A DNA stretch of 64,000 nt from Euprymna scolopes (taxonomy: Eukaryota), in assembly GCA_053919585.1 (NCBI GenBank), contig CM132786.1. One strand, 5' to 3'. Positions 26,200 to 39,117 of the stretch are shown here, piece by piece. A program made the position numbers and the translations under genes. The first letter of the stretch is position 1. The number at the start of each line of letters is the position of its first letter. The notes below the pieces were generated by a model that worked only from the letters and a program-made list of their open reading frames with translations, was not told the origin of the DNA and searched no databases.

Positions 26200-27065
26200 C
26201 ACTTTTTCTTTCGTAAAACTGGATATTATTTCTTTCGTTCGAGTTAATTATTGGAGTATTAGTGTTTTCTTTCCAAACAGACCGCTGATGTTCTAATGTT
26301 GATTAAGAGGATCGAGAATGTGTGTCTCGAAAATTGAATCAGCCGGTTCCTCTCGGTCCTTGCACAATATATTCGCTGTCGCCAACTCTTTACTGATTGT
26401 ATCTACATCCAAGAATAGGGTGTTGCTCCTATAGCTGCTGAAGATATCTCTCTCCCGGGACGAAATGTTTACTTGTATTTGTATCTGTATTGATAAGAGT
26501 TTGTCAAACACAGATCATTGCGGGCGAACGTAGTTTTTATAGTTGAGTTCACTGTAAGAGTGTTCGGATTAGATGTTTTTCTATACAGGTTTAGGAACTG
26601 TTTGAGCTACTCAGCCGTCGGTCTACCTTGAGCCTTACTCAGGGAATTTTTGGTGGATACTCGACACTTTCCACCTGTAGAGTGATATTGAGGAGTGGTG
26701 CCGAGTTGAACTTATCGCAAAAACTTTTTGAAATCTGCAAATGTGAATTTGGCGCCATCATCGTACAGGATGCTGTCTTACACCACGGAAACGTGAAAAA
26801 CATTTATTTAAATATGTATTGCTGATTATGTTGTTGGCATATTGCACATTAATATTTTCGGTCTCTCAGTGGTGCTATCGACTACGATTAATCAATAATT
26901 GTCATGGAGGGAACATCCAAAGTCAGAGTGAATTCTTGGCCACGCTGATCAGTTTCGGCCAGGGTTTAAATAATATGTGAACTCCATTTGCATCTAGAGC
27001 GAAACATCTAATAAAATCGATCATCATAGATTATGTATTTGTTAGACAAATGGACGTTGCATCCC
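26200..27065 (-). mobile_element. Ty3/Gypsy (K02A2.6-like) integrase remnant
   Basis: Minus strand gives WPRIHSDFG..LIVVDS (cf. PWxRIHxDFAG..LIVVD), YDDGAKFT (cf. SDNGxQFT) and TPQYHS. Confidence 0.65.
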
Positions 27066-27419
27066 ATTAAGGCTTTCATTCAATTTTTTTCCTTAGAATT
27101 CTTTTCTGGTGACATTTTTGAATTTCAACATTTTCGAGCGCGAATACTCCTTGGGCGTTGTTTTCTTCCATAATAGTCTTACATTTGATGTCACAAACGA
27201 GAGCGTATTTTTCTGCTTTAGGTAAGGGTGCTTATACTCTATATTTGCGTACCATCCTATATATTTCTCAATCAGACGACGTGCAGATATTATGGAATCC
27301 TCAAATGTGTCCCTTTTTTCATATAAGTCTTGAATACCATTAGCATAATCAATCTTTTTCAATTTCAGCTACTCCAATTTAAAGTTTTAATTTAGTAGAA
27401 TAGTACACCATCTGAATAG

Positions 27420-28022
27420 TCTATTAGCAGTAGTCTTCGGTAAGCTTTTTTATCCGAAAATTGTACGACGAAAGATCGGGTACTGTTGCCACAGCTGGAC
27501 ACGAGCTTATTGAAGCAGCTCATCTTACCTTGACAGAGTTCAAAATAGATTTCGTATCGCGGTAGAGGATTCATCTTCTTTCTAACAGAAGAGATGGTGT
27601 GGGGCTGTTTTTGTTTTATCGTTATTTTCTTGAAAAGTGCGTGTGTGAGATTCAATCCAGGGCTCCTTTCTCTAAACATTCAGGAGAAACATTCGTTTGG
27701 CTTAAAACACTATCAATAATGTCTTTCACACTTTGTCTGTGCCTAAACCTAAATGTAGATTCGCGGGACAAAGCTTCTTTTATTACAACTTCACACCTAT
27801 GGAACTCTCTCCCGTTTCCCTGCTTTTAAGCTACCTACAGTACGGTCGCCTTCAAGTCCAATGTAAACACGTTTTTGTGAGCCGCCCCCATTAAGAAATT
27901 CATTTTCAACATTTCCACCTCTAACGATATAAAAATATTACCCTGTGCAACTATACACACTTTAACACTTATTCTTCAGTGGCATCTCCGCCTTGATAAA
28001 TTCTTCATTCTTTGCAAAATAA
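27420..28022 (+). mobile_element. CR1-group LINE 3' fragment
   Basis: GLFLFYRYFLEKC and HLWNSLPFPCF, followed by a degenerate 3' stem-loop at 27968-28000. Confidence 0.85.
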
Positions 28023-28143
28023 TACATGTTGTTGGACGCACAAGGCATGCGATGTTTTATAGAAATCAGATAAAAGTGTTCCAGTCCTAGAAAGCATAAA
28101 AGTGATAGTATATTATCAGTAGCGGGCATGTTCCTTATGGTTT

Positions 28144-28755
28144 ATGCTTTCTTTTGCGCGTCTTCCATTTTCCTCGATTGCGCACAGAAATCACTTTTTC
28201 CACTGTTTCAAACGTAATAGATGTATGGAAACTAAAGCCGCTTTCAGGACTGCCAGCAACCATTGTAAGAAAGTAATAAAGAGCGCAAGATGGTTGTATG
28301 ATAAATCTGTTAAGTCCAAAGTAGCTGAGCAGCGGCTTGGTTCCCACAAGTTTTGGCAAATAGCAAACAGAATTCTGAACAGAAGTGTGCGCTCCATTCA
28401 ACCTATCATCAATGGACCTGAGGTAATCTCGTCAGCATCAGACAAAGCCAAACTCTTTGTCAAGAACTTTGCAGCTAATTCTACCCTTTGCGATCAAGGC
28501 CGCCAACCCCCAATACTTCCCCCTGTATCTGAAAACACATTATGTGATATACGTATATCTGTACGTGATGTTGCCAAGCTAATCAAAAACCTTGATTCCA
28601 GTAAAGCAACTGGCCCGGACGGTATTCCAATTATTGTACTCAAAAAACTTCAACCTGAACTAGCGCCCATACTTACAACACTGTTTAAACGTTGTCTTAA
28701 GGAGAATAGTTTCCCATTCTCCCTGGAGAATTTCATCTGTATGCCCTGTATTTAA
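28144..28755 (+). pseudogene. LINE ORF2 linker/pre-RT region (203 aa, frameshifted)
   Basis: KFWQIAN, DKAKLFVKNF and KATGPDGIPIIVLKKLQPELAPILTTLF, typical pre-RT motifs of APE LINEs. Confidence 0.88.
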
Positions 28756-30210
28756 GAATTCAGGTGATCGCTCATCCCCCTCTCAGTACAGGCAAATAAG
28801 TCTCCTGTGCGTCATGAGTAAGTTGCTGTAATCTGTGTTAAATACAGAAGTAATCAACAATCTCAACAAAAATAACCTTCTTAGTGACACTCAATATGGT
28901 TTCCGTTCTGCTAGATCTACAGCAGTTGTGCTTACAGTTATATCTCACAGGATTACCAAATCTCTCGACGGAGGCAACCTTTCTAGGGCAATTGCTCTTG
29001 ACATATCTAAGGCCTTTGATAGGGTATGGCATAAAGGTTCACTTCATAAGATCTCTAGCTATGGTATAGCTGGAAATGTCTTCTCAATTATTAAATCATT
29101 TCTTTCTGATAGGTTCATAAGAATAGTAGTTGAAACCCACAGTATTAATGCCGGTGTCCCTCAGGGATCCATCCTGGGCCAAACTCTTTTCCTGATCTAC
29201 ATTAATGATCTTCAAAATCACATCCTTAAATCATTTGTAGACATTTATGCTGACGACACTACCATTTATGGTAGCACATCTAAGACATTAAACGACCAAG
29301 TTCTCTCCAATTCTCTCTCCTCTGATCTTGAGCATGTAGTACAATGGGGAAAGGAGTGGCTGGTTACTTTTAATGCATCTAAAACCAAGCTTCTCTCTTT
29401 ACATAATCAACATTCTTATCCACATCTGGCATCAATTGAAATGAATGGCTCTCGTCTTCAGGAGGCCTCAAGTTTTGACAAGCTTCTGGGCTTGACCATT
29501 ACTCCTGATCTTAAATGGAACACGTCCATCAAATCTGTTGCCAAGGCCGCTGAAAAAATGGTGGGATCTTTCTATCGATCCAGTAGATATCTCACTGCTG
29601 ATGCAATTCTCTATCTATATAAGAGCCAGGTACGTCCAAGGATGGAATACTGTTGCCACATCTGGGCAGGAGCTGCTAGAAAGGACTGGGCCTGCCTTGA
29701 TAGAGTTCAAAATAGACTTCGCAGCCTCGTAGGAGATGCCCTTTTCTCTTCCTTGGAACCTCTATCTCACAGAAGAGATGTTGCGAGTTTGTCTCTGATG
29801 TATCGTTATTTTCATGGAAAGTGTTCGACTAAGCTTCAATCTATGGCCCCCCCTCGCCAAACTTTCACAAGAAACACTCGTCTAGCTGTAAACACTATCA
29901 ATAATGCCCCCCATTCTTTATCTGTGCATAAACCTAAGCGTAGATTCCATGAACAAAGCTTTTTTTATTAGAACTGCACGCCTGTGGAATTGTCTTCCGT
30001 TTTCCTGCTTTCCGGCTGACTACAATATGGTTGTCTTCAAGTCTTACGTAAATAAGTTCTTGATGAGCCGTTCCATATAAGTCATCAAATTTAACAAAGG
30101 TTCATTACTAATGATTATTATATTTTCTAATTTCTACTGTACACTCTTTAGCCCTCAACCTTGAGTGGCCTCTTGGCCTTGATAATGAGTTGATACCTAT
30201 GAAAAAAAAA
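28160..30210 (+). mobile_element. CR1-group LINE, best preserved 5'-truncated copy
   Basis: Two long ORFs separated by a frameshift, followed by a 3' UTR, the stem-loop and A9. Confidence 0.95.
28835..29971 (+). pseudogene. LINE reverse transcriptase domain (378-aa open stretch)
   Basis: QYGFRSARST, LDISKAFDRVWH, GVPQGSILG, YADDTT and RPRMEYCCHIW. Confidence 0.95.
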
Positions 30211-30234
30211 AGAAAATATCCAAAGGTAGCAAGT

Positions 30235-30386
30235 TCTAATTGAATCGTCCCCCTAAGTAATCCAAGTTGTAAAATTCCCACTGTTTACTATGCTAAAATC
30301 ACAATGACTAATGTATACCTATTAACCCTTATCCTCGAGTGGCCTCTGGGCCTTGATAAGTGGTGACACCCTTGTAAAAAAAAAAA
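30235..30386 (+). mobile_element. Second, very short LINE 3' end stacked on the previous poly(A)
   Basis: AAGTTCTAATTGAATCGTCCCCCTAAGTAA (ORF end), then CTTATCCTCGAGTGGCCTCTGGGCCTTGATAAG and A11. Confidence 0.85.
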
Positions 30387-30639
30387 TTCGTGACCTGTGT
30401 ACTTTATCTCGTTAAGGAGGAAGTCAAACTTGGCCTCTTTTACTTTACACTAGAAGTTTTCAATACTTTAAAAAAAATCTCATGTATATGTTTGGGTTCT
30501 CGTCTGCGAAATCTACTGAAAATAACGATGTTGTCCACGTAGGTGAATGCGAATTCGAATCAGCGTCGCATAGTATGCATGACCTGCTAGACGATCGCAG
30601 GGACGAGATTGACTACTAAAAATTGTAGAATCAACACTG

Positions 30640-31800
30640 TATTGATTCAGAGGATTTTAGAGTATTCCTTCAGGGCGGGGATCTGTAGATACTCATCAAT
30701 TATATTCAGTTTAGAGTATATTAACAACCGTTGAGTTTGCTGAATACCCTTTCTCGTGTGGGGAAAGAATAGTGTTGAAATTTTAGAGCCGCCTTGAGAC
30801 ATGTGGAAAAATAAGCACAGAAACGAATGAGGTTTTGGTTGTCTTATCGTATCCGGAAGGTGTAACTCATTCACTGTTGCTTATTAACGATAGGATTGTA
30901 GCCCTTTTAGCCGATCTAGTTCCTTATCAATTTTCTCGACCCCGCAAACAAGCAATTCCCTTACGTTTTCGACACGGGTAGAGTGTTTTCCATTTGCTTC
31001 AAATATGGTTCTAGCATCAGTACATGTTTCTACTCCTGACAAAAAAAACTTCCAGAAAATTTTCATTTAACTCTTCATTAAATTGATGGTTTTCTTCCTT
31101 TTTGAATAATTTCCTTATCGGTTGGCCACACGGTAAACATTGCCCCAGCCAAGCTGTTTTGAAGAGAGTGTTGGGGTTATTTTTTGCACAAAACCCTTGT
31201 TTTGTTTGCTTTCATTGTATAATTGAATGATATAGCTCTCACTAAAATTTTATATGATCTCATGTAGCTGCCAGAACTACATTGTAATTCTCATCATCGT
31301 TGGTTTATTCAGCGTGATCCATGTTTGGATGATGCTGATTGACAGATTTAGATCAAAATCATGCTGAGGATGTAAAGGGGAGCTTAATTCCGCCGGTTTC
31401 TTCCCGATACAATATTTGATATCGCTTATTGCACCTTGTTATTATTTATGCTATTTCAGCAATATGCCGATTCGTTACCTTTCCGGATATGCACTTTGCA
31501 TGTTTTATATCTGTAAAAACAATTTATAGACCAGTGATGTTTGCAGCAACAGCTGCACAACCTTGCGAGTGATATTGGTTTGGAGATTAGATGAACGCAC
31601 CTTTTTTATATGCTCCAGTTTGCCCGAGAAATTACGCATTAGGTCTGTAACTTGTCCCTCGCACGTATTACACGCGTGCCTCTCCAATGCTTATTGACTC
31701 GTTCTTTACGCTGACTACGCGTTGGTAATCTGTACAAGGTTTTGCAGTGCTATTCCTTGTTTGCGTTCGAGTCTCATTACTGCGTTTCCTTTCTTTTTTT
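30640..31800 (-). mobile_element. Ty3/Gypsy (K02A2.6-like) gag-pro-RT remnant
   Basis: Minus ORFs give SGKLEHIKKVRS (decayed CCHC knuckle), KIDKELDRL and IYSKLNIIDEYLQIP..EYSKIL.INT (cf. FSKLDLSDAYLQI..EESxKLLTINT). Confidence 0.7.
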
Positions 31801-34599
31801 TTTTGAGGTGACAAGGCACTGAAGAAAATCAAACATATGAAAGCTTAGCCAAGGGAATGCCTTCATCGTGAGGCGGTTTACAATAAACGTGAAGGTGAAA
31901 CATTCTTCCGCCCATGGTTTCACTATGAAAAAACTCCCATATTTTGTGTAAAATGTGCTGTATATGGGGCTAAATGGTTTGGATAACAGCTTGATTGCTT
32001 TGAAGAATTCTACTTAGCTCATCTTCTACGTTAGTATATATTAGACGAACTTACTATGCCCTGTGGTATTTAGTTTTCCGAAAAAGTAGGCGGCCATTTT
32101 GGCATTGCTCTACGTTTGGCAATACACACTGAAAAAGTTATCTCATCTCCTATGAAAAAAACAAAAACATATATAACGTGTTATCTGCTCCGGTACAGTG
32201 CTGTACATTTCAATGGGATTCATATCTCCTCCATAATATCTTGCCGCTGATGCTGTTTACATTTTTCTTTGTATAGTTGATTTTGTCAGATTCCTAACTG
32301 ATCCTAGTTGAATTGCAGGATAAATGTTGTGGTTGCTTGAACTGTTATTGAAATTGCAACTGGTGTTGTCTATTTTGTTATTTACATTTTCTTCAGTATT
32401 TTGCTGGTAGTAGACCTGAAACATAAGTAACTATGATATAATAGCCTTGAACGTATCCACATAAAATATCTCACCACAGCGAACGTCATTTTATATTTTC
32501 TGTTTAACAATCGAAGGAAACAAATCAAAAGAAACATACCATTTCTACATTCCCTTTGTGTGTTTTAATGTGTTTCTTTTTATCAGTCAGGGGTACCGGG
32601 TATAAACATTGAAAGTCAATATACCAAGGGGGAACTTTTTTCAAAAATGATACAGTGGAAAACCTTGTCGTTTTTGCCCAATACACAAAGAATGGGGAAA
32701 ACAGAGAATATTTGCATAAATTTTAGTATTCAACAAATAGTTCACTTACAATGAGAGATAAGAAAAATAAGAGTAAGCACTTCAAAACCCATGTGAAAAC
32801 ATCTAGAACAAATGAAATATCATGAGTCTAATTCCTATTTTTTCTCTCGTCCAAAACAGAAAATAATATGATAATTTGCCTAACACAAAACTTCTGTTTG
32901 GAATGAATTACCGTCAATGCAAACGAGAACCGAAATTAGGTGAATACTTTAAAAGTGGACAATTTTTCAACAGAATAAAAAAAAAGTAATGGACGCCAAA
33001 GGATCATTTAAACAAAAGCCTGTTTATTTTACGTTTTTTTCCAAAAGAGAAAAGAATGATGGTATTTACAATAAAAAGAATTTACTCAGTAAATGCATTT
33101 GCGTAAAGAATTTATCTTTCCCTTATTTTATCCGATTTTTCCTTTTCATGAGTTTTATGGTTCTCCGTTATCACATTTGCTGTGCAGCTTTCTCGAAAAA
33201 AAACCCAAAAAACAAACATTTTCCTCTCGAGCTAACACCAGCCAGATGGTTATTTTGTGAATTCTTCGCATAATGTATTTTCTAATTGTCGCTTATTATT
33301 ATCTTTAGATTCAAATTAAGTTGTCACCAGGAGGGCTTGAAAACAGTGAAATAATTAATGTATTATCAAAAATACAGTTAGGTGAGAACTCAACACAACT
33401 GAAAAACGAGTATTGTTACGAATCTCTTCCTCTTAACATTGAGTATAAAGGAAAACGTGTGTATCAAAAGTGACGCCTACTTATCTTACATCATCGATCT
33501 TTAAAATAATATCTTCGATACCAGTACAAAATATTAAACTACACGTCTTCTCGTTTTCTAAATAATCTATCTCTTACCGTTCTGGCATGTCAGCACACTT
33601 ATTTTAAAGAAAGTATGGCTTAATATAAATAAGGGAGATTTGTCGTTGAACATTCTTTACATTGGCTTTATATTTAAAAATACATCTAGGATTAGTTACA
33701 CTTGCTGGAAGTGATATTACTAATCGTGTTTAATATCAGGAACAGACTCCGGCAAACCACCGTTTACTGCTAAAATTCGAAATGTTACTCTGTTGGTTTG
33801 ACAATGTGTATGGGGTTATCAGCGTTTATGTTTTGTTTTGTTTTTGTTTGGTTGTATTTCCTCAAAATACAATTGGAACAATTTTGCTGTGAAAAACAAT
33901 TAGCTATAAAAAGAGCTATGTTTGTTAATGCAGATCAGTACGGAACCAATTAAAAAATTACAAAGTTATTTTGTAAACGCTTCCACACAAAAAATAAACT
34001 ATGTAGTTTTAAGTTCAATAGTTATGATTGGAGGCGTTGATGTGAGTAAATATTACAAGTTTTCTGGGCAGAACCGAAAAACCTTAAACTAGATACATTT
34101 AACTAATATCTGGCATGCATGTTGGTGATTAAGCGTACATGACAAGGGTGTGTGTTGAGTAATTTTGTGGTGTTGCTCCTGAATTACATGCTACAGTTAT
34201 TAGAGTGGTGCTAAACTAATGCCGGTTTTTGACGAAGGTGAACATCAAAAATGACATTATTTGCACCATCCTAATATGAGTTATGACGAATAGTCAAACG
34301 AATAGTGCATGGACAAGAGGGAATGGACAAGAAATAAAGTTATATAGTCCTTATTACTTACTCTCCAAATATGATTTACACTGGCTCAATAAAAGAATTA
34401 TTAAAATAATGTTAACGTTAAGATAAGCAGCTTTTTGTGAAATCCATGTCTTAAATAGTATACGGAAATTGTAGTCTCACGATTAGGGGGAAAGAGAGTG
34501 TATACTAGACGCCAGTAGCATTTATATTCATCTACCTATTCTTCGCCACAGTTCAGTTGTTACCTTGAAGCCCTCCAGCACAAACTGATATCGTTATAT

Positions 34600-35330
34600 C
34601 ATAACCTTATCATAGAAGTTATTAGGTCTTATAAATGAAAAAGAGAAGATTTGTTTCGATGGGCACATTCATACAAGAAAGACTGCAATGTCAATTACTA
34701 TTATGTAGAGACATGGTAAGAACCTATATTTTGTAAAGACTCCTTAACCATCTGCCTGGTATGACTAATTTGGTACTAATAATCACAATCACGACCTTGC
34801 ATATGCAGAAATAGCATCCAGAAAACGCATCGATAAAATGAAGAAAAAACAACAGAAACAGAAAATAAACCTGGATATGCCTGGTATACTTACCCGCTTA
34901 TTCAAGTTTTTATAACTTAGTGATCAGCAAAAAAATATTCTGTAACTTAAAAGCAAAACGTTATCCGCAAGTACAATAGAAAATTGAAAATCTTCACATT
35001 ACTAGCAAATAAAAAAAAAAAACTACGGTTGGGTTCAAACTAATTTTGTTATTAGACAAACGGCCCAACACAATAAATCGCATCATATCATTTGCGTTTA
35101 AGGAATAACGACAATGACATATTTTTTGCATGTGTATGACTGATTGATGGGAATTATACACTGATAATATAAGGATGTGTACAGCTTTATACAATACGCT
35201 GCTCGATTGGTTATATTGCAGTTTCTAAATTTTTAGTGTCCGAAGAATAGGACACAATAAACCTATGAACCAATAATAAAACAATCATTGACTGCTGTCG
35301 TAATATTGACATTTTCCAAGATCGAACAAT
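34600..35330. mobile_element. Possible MULE (FLYWCH-type) transposase remnants
   Basis: Plus strand KICFDGHIHTRK...TNNHNHD resembles a FLYWCH finger. Minus strand LNPTVV resembles a MULE motif. Heavily decayed. Confidence 0.35.
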
Positions 35331-36494
35331 TATCATCCTCGACTTAGAACATGCGACTATCTAAGCAATGATCGGTATTTTTTTATTTTTTCTATTATAT
35401 AAGTGAGAATACTTAGAGAAAAAATGCGGGACCTTGGCGTTACAAACAGTGAATACTTTTCTGAAATTGGTGACATATTTTTTAGAAGATTTTCAAGTAA
35501 AAATGTAATTACTCAAGGAAAAATATCATGATGATATGTTTCTGACACATATATTCTGGATAGGACATGAAGCAACTAGCCATTGACTTATGAGAAACGC
35601 ACCTTATTTCCAATCTTAATTTTGGTATCTTTATATCATAAATAAAAGTTTAAAAACAAACAACGAATATAATGAGTAATGCGACATATTTTATCATCTT
35701 ATTGTTTATCAGCACACATCTATCTTTAAACTGATCAGAATATTTCCATAGAAAGAGGTCGGTTGAGTGCAGTAGACATCCCATGATATACACGCTGATC
35801 TGCTACAAAAACAAATATAGATTTTTTTCTATTACTACACAAAAAAAGAATATAGATGAGTTAGACCAATGTTAAGTGGACTTTGTTACAACCTACTATT
35901 GTTAAGTATATTTTAATTTAATTATTTTTAATTGGTATTTATGTAAATGAAAACTGAACTCAATCACTTCGTTACTCACAAAATGAGAATGTTTCTTTTC
36001 AGTTACAGATAGACGACCCGAAAGAATAAAAAAGCATTATTTTTAGACTTTAACGTAAGTTTAATGTAAAACAGTGACCCACATTCTGACGAACTGACGT
36101 CTTGAAAAATTGTACCCGGTATTTTTCTCTTAACGGTTAAGAAATGTGTTTTTTTATGGTAAGGAAGTAGCTGTTCCAATGTAAATTCCACACAATACAC
36201 CACAAGCAAGTCATCGTACGTACACTCTCAGAAAATAGAAAGGTCGCGTTATATGTATTTAAAATTTATTTTGTCAGACATTAGCTCAGAAATGAGTGGT
36301 CACTTGAACGTATACGCAAAAATGATCAAATACTTTAGAGTCACTTAATATATTAAAATCATTTTGTTTTATTCAGAGCAATTGTTTAATTTTATTTGAA
36401 GATAAACATGTAGAAAATAATTAGAAATTCAAAGTTACTGTGTCAATTTCATGCTAAGAGAGATTTTAAAAAAATCATACAAATATCAACCAAG

Positions 36495-38470
36495 TTAGGG
36501 TAGGGCCAGGTAAGCGGCCCAGTCAAAGTCAAAGGCCAACCCCCAGAAACCAAGGGACAATACCCACCTTGGGGCATTTGGATATCGTCGTTTTGCCCGT
36601 TGACGCTGCAGCACGAGGTTTTGAAGCCTCCATGCAAAAGGTACGTTTTTTATAAAATTTCGAAAAACTAGACCATATTTTTTACCTTTTGTCTTCAGAA
36701 TGGTTTCGACACTGTATAGGCAACAGATACATTTCTAAAATGTTTTCATTTATATGTTAGAGGAATCCTTCGCGCACCATTCAATGTCTGCTTTCTCGAT
36801 AGGCATAAACTAAGCATTCGGCAGTCACAAGCAACACTCCTTTCCCGTGCAGTGGAGTTCAACAAGGAGCAAGTCCAGATTTATTTTGCCTGTACAAAGA
36901 GCTCCTGGATAATCATGAGTACCCGCCCTCAAACATTTGGAATATGGACGAATCGGGACCCTCAACTGTGCAGAAACCTGGGAAGATCATAGCTCCAAAG
37001 ATGCTTGCCAAGTTGGGAATGTAACCAGCGCTAAGTGTGGGTCTTTAAAAACAGTTTAGCACCCATGTACATCTTTCCTCGAAAGAGAATGGTGGGCTCA
37101 CTGATGAATGACACCCCAATTCAAACGGTAGGTTATGCATGTCCAAGTGGCTAGACATATTCTGACCTCTATATGAGGTGGCTGGAACATTTAGCGAAGT
37201 TTACCAACGCCTCGTGTGACAACCCTCATTTCATTCTGCTAGATGGGCATCACAACACCCAAACACTGGCAACTGTTGAATTCTGAAGAGAAAATGGATA
37301 GAACTTCTGATACTGCTGCTTCATCGCACACACAAGCTGCAGCCTCTGGATAAAAGTTATTTCAAGGCTCTCAAAACAACCCTACACCCGGAATGGGCAG
37401 CTGGATGGTTGCAAATCTCGGCAAGCGAGTCAATATCCATGACATTGCTGGCCTAACAGGAAAGGCATTTATGAGAACTGCACTTCCTGACAGGGCAATG
37501 CAGGGATTCAGGATATGTTGTTTCTGGCCATATGATCCAACCACCTTCAGTAACGTCGATTTGGAGCCAACCTTGATGACTTAAGATGTCCCAGAGTTCA
37601 GCCACCCCAACTGCTTGTAGCCCTGACCATGCGACTCCATCTCAGCAAGAAGATGCTAATAGTGACCATCCAGGAGTCAGAAACCAGCCAACTAAGCGCA
37701 CTCCTGATCAAAAGGCTGCCAATGTAGAGACTCCAGCTCATTAGGCTGACATTGAGGTCATTACAGCATCAGAAGACGATCGGTGCTTGTTTAGAAGTAT
37801 AGTGATAAGCTTGGGCAGAAGGCTTCAAACTGTCCAAAAGGATGGGTATGACAAACTGTTGAGCACAGTTCTGCATGCCGTAAAGACTGGCAAGGCAGAT
37901 GTTCTCTAGGTACAGGTCATCTCTTTCATGTGAGGCAATTAGAACGGATACAAATACATTGAAGTTGAAAAATCAACTCAGATTTATCGCACTGGATTCA
38001 CTTTGATTCCATTGATGAACGCATTGTCGCCATGGTCGACTCATAATCACTACCTGGTGCGATTGAATTCTTGGCGAAAAGCAAGGTCCTGGAGGAAAAA
38101 ATTATGTTTTTGAGCTTAAAGAGCATGCTGATCTAAACCTAAGGAGAATATACCCTTTCTAGACTGGTCGTCCAGTTCAGGAACATTAGCCAGAATATTG
38201 GCCACTACGATTGTGTCGTGGGCAGGTAGGTTGACAATCCTTAAGGTCCTACTCCAGAAGCTGAGATCCCTGGGGCGTCTTCATTCTCACCTCCATGCTC
38301 AGCTTATTTGCTCACACGCCCTGACACCTCATCTTCATTTATCCCACAAGAGCAGAGGACAAAGCACAGGGCCTCAACCACTAGAAAAGAAATGATTGCA
38401 GAGCCATAGATTTTCTCCACGCCCTAAGATCCGTCCAAAGAAGGCAGAATCTGTCCAAGGGCATCAAGTA
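36495..38470 (+). mobile_element. pogo-like (DDE_1, Tc1/mariner superfamily) transposase pseudogene
   Basis: IWNMDESG.STVQKPGKIIA, IFPRKRM, ILLDGHH, HRTHKLQPLDKSYFKALK and GFRICCFWPYDP. TIRs not resolved. Confidence 0.85.
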
Positions 38471-39055
38471 TTTACGTATGACATTTTTAGTTGTATTTTC
38501 TTCGATTGTGGGGGTAGATTTTTATTAAATATATTAATGGAGTTTGCATTGTGACGTTGGCTAATATAATTAATAGAATTTTAAAAGGATTCGTTTTATT
38601 TGTTAATCCACAATGTAATTAGGAAAACGATAATTGATGAATATTTGTTTAATGTTTTTTTATTTTAATTGGTAATGCTTTTTTGTAGAATATATCATTT
38701 TAGCGCGATTTAATGTTTTTTTTTTTATTATGGCTAATTTGTACCTCTATAGGGCACGCACTGTTAAAGTTCAGGGGGCTGAAGTTTATGCTCCTTGTTT
38801 TTGTATATAAAGAGGTATTGAAAGTAGTATAAAACATGTCAATAAGGGCATCGAGTAATGAAATGTTATCATTATTATTTAACTGTACTGTATATTTAAG
38901 AATTCAGTACTGATTCATATATTTTATCAAGACCGATAGTGGTCCTCGTTTACAACCGTTAACTATTGTTTTTTCCGTAGCTAATCTTTGCAAAATCTTT
39001 TGAAGCTTTTTTTTTTCGAAATTCCACATGTATAACTGATATTCACACTTTGCAA

Positions 39056-39114
<59 letters not shown>

Positions 39115-39117
<3 letters not shown>

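Noticed and set aside
28144-29971. Active LINE or domesticated RT gene
   Set aside because: It is 5'-truncated (no endonuclease) and frameshifted near 28720 and 29965.
36083-36115. CTGACGA...GAAA hammerhead-like pair of boxes
   Set aside because: No helix II, helix I or helix III pairing can be formed.
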